Shown: positions 1 through 9,158 of the stretch, piece after piece
Layout of the letters: every line of letters starts with the position of its first letter
Position numbering within the stretch: the first letter of the stretch is position 1
Source of the DNA: Dehalococcoidia bacterium
Lineage (GTDB): Bacteria; Chloroflexota; Dehalococcoidia; UBA2979
Direction: 5' to 3'
Assembly (NCBI GenBank): GCA_009692765.1
Contig: SHYQ01000003.1
Coordinates: 1-50,335, forward strand
Length of the DNA: 50,335 nucleotides
Program-made: the position numbers and the translations under genes
Notes under the pieces: generated by a model
What the model was told of the DNA's origin: nothing
The model's input: only the letters and a program-made list of their open reading frames with translations
Databases searched by the model: none

Positions 1-73
1 GATCGGCAAGCGTCGACTTCCCGTGGTCGATGTGGGCGATGATCGAGAAGTTGCGGATGCGTGATTGTTCCAC
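1..73 (-). CDS. lepA: Elongation factor 4 (LepA), N-terminal fragment, truncated by window edge
   Basis: Reverse strand from GTG at 73 reads (M)EQSRIRNFSIIAHIDHGKSTLAD, the LepA G1 motif; not in the ORF track. Confidence 0.92.
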   Translation of the reverse strand, partial: MEQSRIRNFSIIAHIDHGKSTLAD

Positions 74-119
74 CAGACCATCCTACGCGGCGGCTCGGCT
101 ACGCGCGGGCGGGCTCACG

Positions 120-149
120 CACGGCGCTGCACGGCGCTGCACGGCGCTG
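120..149. repeat. Tandem 10-mer CACGGCGCTG x3
   Basis: Three perfect copies in the oppF-lepA intergenic region. Confidence 0.9.
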
Positions 150-225
150 GACAAAACAATACCCCGCCTCCCGGCAGGGCATCGTTGCGGCGTCGCTGAG
201 ATGCGGGACGGTGCCCGCACGGGGG

Positions 226-1242
<1,017 letters not shown>

Positions 1243-1257
1243 GGTGTGTCCCTTGCC

Positions 1258-2274
1258 TTACTGCGCCAGGGCCACATGGCCCTCCGCGAACGTGCGGGCG
1301 TCCGTGCTCGGGTTTCGCCAGCAACGGGCGGTGTGGCCCGTGAACTTGATCTCCAGTTCCGGGTGGTCGACCGCACACTGGTCGATCGCCCAGTCGCAGC
1401 GTGGGCGGAACGGGCAGCCCAGGATCGGCTGGATCAGCAGGGGCGGCTGACCCTCGATCGTGGTCAGGCGGATCTTCTCCGTTTCGTCGAGGCGCGGGAC
1501 GGAGGCCATCAAGCCCACCGTGTAGGGGTGCGCCGGGTGCTTGAAGATGTCCATCGCCGTGCCGCTCTCCACAATCTCGCCAGCGTACATGACGTTCACA
1601 CGGTCAGCGTACCGTGCGACGACGCCGAGGTTGTGCGTGATGATGAGGACGGCGGTGCCGAGTTCCTTCGAGAGGCGCGCCATGATCTCGAGGATCTGCG
1701 CCTGGATCGTCACGTCCAGGGCGGTGGTCGGCTCGTCGGCGATGAGCACCTTGGGGTTGCATGCCAGCGCCATGGCGATCATGACGCGCTGGCGCATACC
1801 ACCGGAGAACTGGTGGGGGTAGTCCTTCAACCGTTGCCCGGAATCCGGGATGCCGACCATCTCGAGCAACTCGATGGCGCGCGCGGTCGCCTCTTCGTCG
1901 CCGAGGCCGAGGTGCAGGACGATTGCTTCCTTGATCTGCATCCCGATGGTGAGCACCGGGTTCAAGGAGGTCATCGGCTCCTGGAAGATCATGGCGATGC
2001 GGTTGCCCCGGATGGAGCGCATCTCCGCATCGGAGATCTTCAGCAGGTCGCGGCCCTCGAAGAGGACCTCACCCTCCACGATGCGGCCCGGTGGGTTCGG
2101 AATGAGTCGCAGGATCGAAAGCGCGGTCACGGACTTCCCGCACCCGGACTCACCCACGAGGCCGAGCGTCTCGCCCGCGTCTATGTCCCACGTAACACCG
2201 TCAACGGCGCGGACCACACCCTCGTCCGTGAAGAAGTAGGTGCGGAGGTTTTTCACTTCGAGCAGCTTAGCCAT
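1258..2274 (-). CDS. oppD: Oligopeptide/dipeptide ABC transporter ATP-binding subunit (OppD/AppD-like)
   Basis: [36 protein letters not shown]; start trimmed to MAKLLEVKN at 2274. Confidence 0.9.
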   Translation of the reverse strand: MAKLLEVKNLRTYFFTDEGVVRAVDGVTWDIDAGETLGLVGESGCGKSVTALSILRLIPNPPGRIVEGEVLFEGRDLLKISDAEMRSIRGNRIAMIFQEPMTSLNPVLTIGMQIKEAIVLHLGLGDEEATARAIELLEMVGIPDSGQRLKDYPHQFSGGMRQRVMIAMALACNPKVLIADEPTTALDVTIQAQILEIMARLSKELGTAVLIITHNLGVVARYADRVNVMYAGEIVESGTAMDIFKHPAHPYTVGLMASVPRLDETEKIRLTTIEGQPPLLIQPILGCPFRPRCDWAIDQCAVDHPELEIKFTGHTARCWRNPSTDARTFAEGHVALAQ

Positions 2275-2357
2275 GGATCTCCCTCGTGTCGCCGGGCGCA
2301 ACCCCGATATCACTGCGTGACCATCACCGCGCCACCGGCCACCGGCGAACCGGGGAG

Positions 2358-2442
2358 TGGTGGGGAAGAGGAGACTCGAACTCCTACGCCTTGCGGCACG
2401 TGATCCTAAATCACGCTCGTCTGCCAGTTCCGACACTTCCCC
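2358..2442 (-). tRNA. tRNA-Leu(TAG)
   Basis: GGGGAAG acceptor, CGTGA-TT-TAG-GA-TCACG anticodon arm, long variable arm, GTTCGAGTC T-loop, encoded CCA. Confidence 0.96.
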
Positions 2443-2512
2443 ATCGGAGTGGCCGTTCGCTGTACCTTCCCCGAGGTTGCGGCGATCTTCCGCATTCGGA
2501 ACGCGTTCTCGT

Positions 2513-2587
2513 TGGTGAGCCCCCCCGGACTCGAACCGGGAACCGGCTGATTAAGAGTCAGCTGCTCTGCCATTGAGCTAGAGGCCC
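2513..2587 (-). tRNA. tRNA-Lys(CTT)
   Basis: TAGCTCAATGGCAGAGC D-arm, GCTGA-CT-CTT-AA-TCAGC anticodon arm, GGTTCGAGTCC, CCA end. Confidence 0.96.
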
Positions 2588-2597
2588 CCGCGGCAGG

Positions 2598-2626
2598 AAG
2601 GTAGCAGCGGCTAGATCGCGTGTCAA
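2598..2626 (-). promoter_or_regulatory. Sigma70-type promoter for tRNA-Lys/tRNA-Leu
   Basis: TTGACA-17 nt-TACCTT on the reverse strand just upstream of tRNA-Lys. Confidence 0.7.
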
Positions 2627-2692
2627 CGAAAAGCGAACACGCCCACGATCTGTTTTCCCGTGGGGGAGGTCATTCCGCGGTCACGGGCCCCT

Positions 2693-2721
2693 TTGACGAT
2701 GCTTCGGCGGTGACATAGCCT
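2693..2721 (+). promoter_or_regulatory. Sigma70-type promoter for tRNA-Val
   Basis: TTGACG-17 nt-TAGCCT. Confidence 0.6.
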
Positions 2722-2770
2722 TCCTCTGTGGCCCCGGCCACCGTCGCCCCGGTCAACGGTGCGAACTGGC

Positions 2771-2847
2771 GGGTGGTTAGCTCAGTTGGTTAGAGCGCAG
2801 CGTTGACATCGCTGAGGTCACTGGTTCGAACCCAGTACCGCCCACCA
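2771..2847 (+). tRNA. tRNA-Val(GAC)
   Basis: TAGCTCAGTTGGTTAGAGC D-arm, CAGCG-TT-GAC-AT-CGCTG anticodon arm, GGTTCGAACCC, CCA end. Confidence 0.96.
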
Positions 2848-2989
2848 CTTCTCCTCCCTCCCCCCTCCTTCGCGTCCCCTCCCGTGGCCGTCGAGCGGGG
2901 CTGCCCCCCACGGCGCCCGGGCGATTCACCTCGGCCCGCTGCTCGCGTACACTCCGTGCATACCTGCGCCGTGCCGCAAGGCACGTCCA

Positions 2990-3272
2990 TACGAGCGCTG
3001 ACGGGGACACGTCCCGCGTCGCGTCGGCTCCAGAAAGCGGGGCCGTCCGCACCTCCCCCGGGGGTGAGCGGGCGGTTGTGAGCCCCGCAGCCGCACGCGC
3101 GGAGATACCACCCCGGAGCCCGCGGGCGAACCCGCGGCGGGCACGCCCACGTTACGGGTGCAGGAGCCTTGGCTGTGCTCGTCCCCCCGGGGCGCGCCGC
3201 CGCGGGAAGCCGGGTGGAACCACGTGAGCGCGCCTCTCGTCCCGCGGGACGCAGGCGCGTTTGTTTGTGTTC
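2990..3272 (+). promoter_or_regulatory. T-box riboswitch (Thr, specifier ACC) with terminator, controlling thrS
   Basis: T-box GGGTGGAACCACG at 3212-3224; AGAAAGC motif at ~3032; GAGAT-ACC-A specifier (ACC at 3107-3109); GCGCGCCT...AGGCGCG hairpin then TTTGTTTGTGTT (3228-3272); directly upstream of thrS. Confidence 0.88.
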
Positions 3273-3322
3273 TGGTTCGGCCGGGCTCCTCGCGAGTCCT
3301 GCGCTGCGAGAGGACTGGCGAG

Positions 3323-5110
3323 ATGAACGAGCACGACACCCCCTTCGACGAATTGCCCGCCGACGAGCGCCTGTTCCGTATGCGGCATTCCGCCGCGCAC
3401 GTGCTGGCGGAGGCCGTGCTGGAGATGTTCCCGGAGGCCAAGTACGCCATCGGCCCGCCGGTAGAGAACGGGTTCTACTACGACTTCGACCTGCCCCGCC
3501 CGCTCACGCCGGACGACCTAGTCGCGCTGGAGGCGCGCATGCGCGTCAGCGTCGCGCGTGACCTCCCGATCCGCGGCGAGCAGATCCCGAAGGCGCGGGC
3601 GCGCGAGGTGTTCAAGGACCAGCCGTACAAGCTGGAGCTGATTGAGGGCATCGAGGACGAGACCGTCGGCTACTTCCGGCACGGCGAGTTCCAGGACCTC
3701 TGCCGCGGCGGACACACGGAGCGCACCGGCCAGCTGGGCGCGTTCGCACTCGACCGCCTGGCCGGCGCGTACTGGCGTGGCGACGAGAAGAACGCGATGC
3801 TCCAGCGCGTCTACGGGCTGCTGTTCCCCTCGACGGGGGAGCTCGATGCATATCGTGCGACCCGCGCAGAGGCCGAGCGCCGCGACCATCGCCGCCTGGG
3901 ACGCGAACTCGACCTCTTCCACCTCGACCCGATCTCGCCGGGCTCGCCCTTCTTCCACCCCAAGGGCGCCGTCCTCTATAATGAACTGATCGACTACATG
4001 CGCGGCCTGTACCGCGAGTACGGCTACGACGAGGTGATCACGCCGCAGATGTTCTCGGCCGATCTCTTCAAGACGTCCGGGCATTACGACAACTTCAAAG
4101 ACGACATGTACATGCTGGAAATCGACGAGCAGGAGTTCGGGCTCAAGCCGATGAACTGCCCCGGCCACTGCGCGCTCTTCCGCAGCGGCCACTACTCCTA
4201 CCGCGACCTGCCGCTGCGCCTCGCCGAGTTCACGCGGCTCCACCGCAACGAGCGTTCGGGCGTGCTGCACGGCATGACCCGGGTGCGCTCATTCTCACAG
4301 GACGACTCGCACATCTACTGCACGCCCGATCAGGTCGAGCACGAGATCCGCGCGGTCTTCGAAATGGCGCGCCGGATCTACGAGGAGCTGGGGCTGGGGC
4401 TGCCGGTGATCCGGCTGGCGACACGCCCGGAGAGGTTCGCCGGAAACATCCCGGACTGGGATGTCGCCGAACGACAGCTCGGCGACTCCGTGCGCTCGGT
4501 CGGCTACGAGTACACGCTCGCCCCGGGCGAGGGCGCGTTCTACGGCCCGAAGGTCGAGTTCCATTTCCGCGACGCCATCGGACGGTCGTGGCAACTCGGC
4601 ACGCTGCAGATCGACGTGGCGATGCCGACCCGCTTCGGCCTCCAGTACACGGGCGCCGACGGTGAGGGTCACACGCCGATGATGCTGCACCGCGCGATCC
4701 TCGGATCGCTGGAACGCTTCATCGGGGTCTACACGGAGCACACCGCGGGGCACTTCCCGTTGTGGCTCGCGCCGGTGCAGGCGGTGGTGGTCCCGATCGC
4801 CGACCGGCACGTGGAGTACGCGCACCGCGTGCGCTCGCTGCTGCGCGAGCGGGGCCTCCGCATCCAGGTCGATGAATCGAACGAGCGCATGGGGGCGAAG
4901 ATCCGGCGCGCGCAGCTGCAGCGCGTGCCCTACATGCTCGTCGTCGGCGACCGCGAGCAGGAGGCCGAGGCAGCCGCCGTGCGCGACGGCACCGGCGCCG
5001 ACCTGGGCGCGATGCCCGTCTTCCAGATCATCGACCGCATGGTGGACGAGCGGGACAGCCGCGCCATCTACGCGGGACCACCCGCGCACCCGCCCGAGGC
5101 GGGCGCGTAA
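3323..5110 (+). CDS. thrS: Threonine--tRNA ligase (lacks N-terminal TGS domain)
   Basis: RHSAAHVL, DLCRGGH, RDHRRLG, KPMNCPGH, GAFYGPK, HRAILGSLERF; start trimmed to ATG 3323 after the T-box. Confidence 0.96.
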   Translation: MNEHDTPFDELPADERLFRMRHSAAHVLAEAVLEMFPEAKYAIGPPVENGFYYDFDLPRPLTPDDLVALEARMRVSVARDLPIRGEQIPKARAREVFKDQPYKLELIEGIEDETVGYFRHGEFQDLCRGGHTERTGQLGAFALDRLAGAYWRGDEKNAMLQRVYGLLFPSTGELDAYRATRAEAERRDHRRLGRELDLFHLDPISPGSPFFHPKGAVLYNELIDYMRGLYREYGYDEVITPQMFSADLFKTSGHYDNFKDDMYMLEIDEQEFGLKPMNCPGHCALFRSGHYSYRDLPLRLAEFTRLHRNERSGVLHGMTRVRSFSQDDSHIYCTPDQVEHEIRAVFEMARRIYEELGLGLPVIRLATRPERFAGNIPDWDVAERQLGDSVRSVGYEYTLAPGEGAFYGPKVEFHFRDAIGRSWQLGTLQIDVAMPTRFGLQYTGADGEGHTPMMLHRAILGSLERFIGVYTEHTAGHFPLWLAPVQAVVVPIADRHVEYAHRVRSLLRERGLRIQVDESNERMGAKIRRAQLQRVPYMLVVGDREQEAEAAAVRDGTGADLGAMPVFQIIDRMVDERDSRAIYAGPPAHPPEAGA

Positions 5111-5242
5111 CGCCCCTGCCCCAGGGGCGGGGGCGGTTGCCGCAGTGAACGCCGCATGTCAGGCTGGCGAGCAGCAGGGCCGCGCGGCTCATCGTCGGCG
5201 CGCACGGGCCGACCCGATGCAGCGGCCCCGCATTGGAGCACC

Positions 5243-6808
5243 ATGATCAAGCGCGTGCTGATCGCCAATCGCGGTGAGATCGCGCTGCGCATCCAGCGAA
5301 CCTGCCGCGAACTCGGCATCGAAACCGTCGCGGTCTACTCCGATCCCGACCGCAACGCGCTGCACGTGCGCAACGCCGACTACGCGGTGCGCATCGGCCC
5401 CGGCCCCGCGCTGGAGTCTTACCTTGTCATCGAGAAGATCATCGAGGCAGCGCGGCAGACGGGCGCCGACGCGGTGCACCCCGGCTACGGCTTCCTCTCC
5501 GAGAACGCGCGCTTCGTCGATGCCTGCGCGGCTGCGGGGCTCACCTTCATCGGGCCGTCTGCCGGCGCCATGCGCGCCCTCGGCGGCAAGGTGTCGGCGC
5601 GGCGCCTGATGGCGGCGGCGGGCGTGCCGATCGTCCCCGGCGCCAACGACATCAGCGCCGACGACTTCGCGACCGCCGAGCGCGAGGCGGCGCGCATCGG
5701 CTTCCCGTTGATGGTGAAAGCCTCCGCTGGCGGCGGAGGGCGCGGCATCCGGCTGGTGGAGCGTCCCGGGGACCTGGCGAACGCGATGCGCGCCGCCGGC
5801 AACGAGGCGGCCGCCGCGTTCGGGGACGCCACGATCTTCCTGGAGAAGTACATCTCGCCCGCGCGCCACATCGAGGTGCAGATCATCGGCGATGCGCACG
5901 GCAACGTGCGCGCCTTCGGTGAGCGCGAGTGCTCCATCCAGCGCCGCAATCAGAAGCTCGTCGAGGAGGCGCCATCGGTGGCGGTGACACCGGAGATCCG
6001 CGCACGCCTCTGTGCCGCCGCGGTGGCGGCGGCGAGGTCGTGTGGCTACCAGAACGCGGGGACGGTCGAGTTCCTGCTGGACCGCGACGGCAACTTCTAT
6101 TTCCTCGAGGTGAACGCGCGGCTGCAGGTGGAGCACCCGGTCACAGAGCTCGTCTACGGCATCGACCTCGTCGCGCTACAGATCCTCGTGGCGAACGGCG
6201 AGCCGCTCCCGGACGCCGGCGCGGCGATGGTGCCGGGCGGGTGGGCGATCGAATGCCGCATCAACGGCGAGGACCCGTACGCGAACTTCGCTCCGTCGGT
6301 GGGGCTGATCGACTTCGTCGACTTCCCGGCGGGCCCGGGCGTGCGATTCGACACGATGCTCTACAGCGGCCTGGACGTGCCGGTGTTCTACGACTCGCTG
6401 CTGGCCAAATTGATCGTCTGGGCGGAGACGCGCGAGCGGGCCATCGAGCGGATGCGACGGGCGCTCCGTGACCTCGTCATCTCCGGTGTCCAGACCAACG
6501 CCCCGTTCCACCTCGCGCTGCTCGAGCATCCCGACTTCCGCAGCGGCGACGTGTCCACGGGCTGGCTCGAATCGACATTTACGATGCCGCCGCTCCCCGA
6601 AGGGGCGTCGCCTGCAGAGGATGGCTCCCTCGCCACCGCCCTGATCGCGGGCGCGATCGCCGCCGGGATGCTCGCCGGCGGGGCGCAGGAGCCCGCCAGT
6701 GCCCGTGGCATCACGCATTGGGTGCAGGCCGCCCGAGGGATATCGCGGCGCGGACTGCGCGTCGATGGAGGGACGACCGGTTGGCGACGCGGCACCGCTT
6801 CCAGGTAG
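5243..6808 (+). CDS. accC: Biotin carboxylase subunit of an acyl-CoA carboxylase
   Basis: MIKRVLIANRGEIA, HPGYGFLSEN, KASAGGGGRG, ERECSIQRRNQK, EVNARLQVEHPVTE. Confidence 0.93.
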   Translation: MIKRVLIANRGEIALRIQRTCRELGIETVAVYSDPDRNALHVRNADYAVRIGPGPALESYLVIEKIIEAARQTGADAVHPGYGFLSENARFVDACAAAGLTFIGPSAGAMRALGGKVSARRLMAAAGVPIVPGANDISADDFATAEREAARIGFPLMVKASAGGGGRGIRLVERPGDLANAMRAAGNEAAAAFGDATIFLEKYISPARHIEVQIIGDAHGNVRAFGERECSIQRRNQKLVEEAPSVAVTPEIRARLCAAAVAAARSCGYQNAGTVEFLLDRDGNFYFLEVNARLQVEHPVTELVYGIDLVALQILVANGEPLPDAGAAMVPGGWAIECRINGEDPYANFAPSVGLIDFVDFPAGPGVRFDTMLYSGLDVPVFYDSLLAKLIVWAETRERAIERMRRALRDLVISGVQTNAPFHLALLEHPDFRSGDVSTGWLESTFTMPPLPEGASPAEDGSLATALIAGAIAAGMLAGGAQEPASARGITHWVQAARGISRRGLRVDGGTTGWRRGTASR

Positions 6809-7332
6809 ACGGCGTTACGCACACCGTGACAGTGGAGGTCGCCGGAGACGAATCCGGCGGCCGGATGACGGTCGCCATCGACAGTGCGCCCCCCGTCGAG
6901 GTCGACGTCACAGCGTCCGGCGTCCTGGGGCTCTTCTCGATCATTCGCGGTGGCTCTGGCGGTGGCACGAGCGGGGGCGTGCCCGCGCGCGCTTATGTCG
7001 CGCGTGACGGGCGAAGTTTCCGCGTCGTGGTGGACGGGCGCACCTTCGTACTCGCGCCGGCGGATGCCGGACGCCCGCGCGGTGCCTCGGGCGGTGCCTC
7101 CGATCCCCCCGGCACGATCACGGCGCCGCTCGCCGGCGTCGCGGTCGAGGTGCGAGTCGCCGTCGGCGATCGCATCGAGGCGCGCCAGAGCGTGGTGGTG
7201 ATCGAGGCGATGAAGATGCAGAACGAGGTGCAGGCCCCCCACCCGGGTGTCGTCACCGCCGTCTACGCCCGGCAGGGCGTCCGGGTGGAGAAGGGCGAGC
7301 TCCTGGTGGAGTACGCCCCCGACGAGGCGTAG
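6781..7332 (+). CDS. Biotin carboxyl carrier protein (biotin/lipoyl domain)
   Basis: IEAMKMQNEV biotinylation motif; TTG start at 6781 with GGAGG upstream, overlapping the accC end. Confidence 0.85.
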   Translation: MATRHRFQVDGVTHTVTVEVAGDESGGRMTVAIDSAPPVEVDVTASGVLGLFSIIRGGSGGGTSGGVPARAYVARDGRSFRVVVDGRTFVLAPADAGRPRGASGGASDPPGTITAPLAGVAVEVRVAVGDRIEARQSVVVIEAMKMQNEVQAPHPGVVTAVYARQGVRVEKGELLVEYAPDEA

Positions 7333-7431
7333 CCGAAGCCTCGGGTCGAGCCGCGCCGGGAGGCCAGCCCCGCGTCCGCAGCGGCCCCTCGCTCGCGTCA
7401 CACCCGGTTCGACCTGCTGGCCGGTTCGATC

Positions 7432-7440
7432 TGCTAGACT
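7432..7440 (+). promoter_or_regulatory. Extended -10 promoter of infC-rpmI-rplT
   Basis: TGCTAGACT matches TGnTANNNT. Confidence 0.55.
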
Positions 7441-7490
7441 GGACGCCCTGTTGAACTCCGTCGCAGCGGAGCATGGTGGAGGAGTTTTCG

Positions 7491-8063
<573 letters not shown>

Positions 8064-8099
8064 GGCGACCCGCCAAGGGCGCGAAGAGGGGTTCCCGCT

Positions 8100-8291
8100 G
8101 TGCCGAAGATGAAGACCCACAAAGGGACCGCGAAGCGCGTCCATCTCACTGGGACCGGGAAGGTCATGATCCGCAACACCAACCCAAAGCGCGCCAAGCG
8201 CAGCCGCACGAAGATGACCGGCCTCGGCCGTGACGTGGTCGTCGGCGGCGGGCAGGCCGCAGTGATCAAGGCCAACCTCCCGTACGCCTAG
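8100..8291 (+). CDS. rpmI: 50S ribosomal protein L35
   Basis: MPKMKTHKGTAKR...LPYA; position between infC and rplT. Confidence 0.9.
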   Translation: MPKMKTHKGTAKRVHLTGTGKVMIRNTNPKRAKRSRTKMTGLGRDVVVGGGQAAVIKANLPYA

Positions 8292-8338
8292 CCACTGGCC
8301 GCGCGCCTGTAACCCGACCCTAGCCCCGAGGTAACAAC

Positions 8339-8710
8339 ATGTCCCGCGTTCGCTCCCGAGTCCAGACCCGCAACCGCCACCGCAAGGTCTTCGCCCTCAA
8401 CGCGGGCCACCACGGCAAGCGCACGACCAACTATCGCGTCGCGCACCAGTCGATGATGCACGCGCTGCGGTACGCCACCGTGCACCGCAGGGACCGCAAG
8501 GGCGACTTCCGTCGCCTGTGGATCGTCCGCATCAACGCGGCGGCCCGCATGCACGACCTCACCTACGGCCAGCTGATCAACGGCCTCAACAAGGCCGGCA
8601 TCGACCTCAACCGCAAGATGCTCGCCGAGATGGCCGTCCGCGACCCGGACGCCTTCGCCGCTGTCGCCGCGCAGGCGAAAGCCGCGCTCGCCGTTGCCGT
8701 CGCCGCGTAG
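8339..8710 (+). CDS. rplT: 50S ribosomal protein L20
   Basis: [29 protein letters not shown]. Confidence 0.96.
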   Translation: MSRVRSRVQTRNRHRKVFALNAGHHGKRTTNYRVAHQSMMHALRYATVHRRDRKGDFRRLWIVRINAAARMHDLTYGQLINGLNKAGIDLNRKMLAEMAVRDPDAFAAVAAQAKAALAVAVAA

Positions 8711-8730
8711 CCTCGACGCTCCGCTCGAAG

Positions 8731-8760
8731 CACGAAAGCCGCCCGCGGGCGGCTTTCGTG
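8731..8760. terminator. Probable bidirectional intrinsic terminator
   Basis: Perfect inverted repeat CACGAAAGCCGCCC-GC-GGGCGGCTTTCGTG between convergent genes. Confidence 0.8.
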
Positions 8761-8765
8761 TTATC

Positions 8766-9148
8766 TCAGCGCGCCGACTTCCGCCAGCCAGCTGCGATCG
8801 CCTCGCGTTCAGTGCAGAACCAGCGCTCACCGAAGGACTCGTTGATGACGGTCGCGTCATAGAAGGCCCCGCCCGGTACATGATAGATGTGCTCGGCGGC
8901 CCCGACGCTGATGTTCCCCTTGATCACGGGCTGGCCCGTCTGTGAGAAGTCGCAGGCGATCTGAGAGGGGGTACCTGCGGGGGCGTGCGTGATGGCGTAG
9001 GGAGTGCGGGCGTTGCGGTAGCGGGGCGCGGCGTCACGCTCGGCCGGGCTTCCGTCGGTGTGGCAGACGTGCCGGGGGCCCGGATAGCCGACGTGCAACC
9101 GCTCCCGAGCAACGCCACGCAGCCAACGAGGAAGGCGATCCAGCTCAT
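8766..9148 (-). pseudogene. Frameshifted putative lipoprotein: signal + Pro/Thr linker + 'sunset'/ExoI-thermonuclease C-terminal-like domain
   Basis: Frame A MSWIAFLVGCVALLGSGC + PT-rich linker; frame B CDF...IKGNIS...IYHVPG...GERWFCTEREAIAAGWRKS. Adding one base in a 5-G run (8967-8971 or 8979-8983) joins them into 127 aa. Confidence 0.7.
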
Positions 9149-9158
9149 GCCGATGAGT

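Noticed and set aside
2358-2847. Integrative element at the tRNA genes
   Set aside because: No duplicated tRNA 3' end and no nearby integrase; xerC lies in its usual dprA-topA context.
5243-7332. Frameshifted single-chain PccA (BC and BCCP overlap by 28 nt)
   Set aside because: The BCCP ORF has its own GGAGG and TTG start, and separate BC and BCCP genes are common.
7441-7490. L20 ribosomal leader before infC
   Set aside because: The leader is only ~30-40 nt with a small hairpin; I could not match it to the L20 leader fold.
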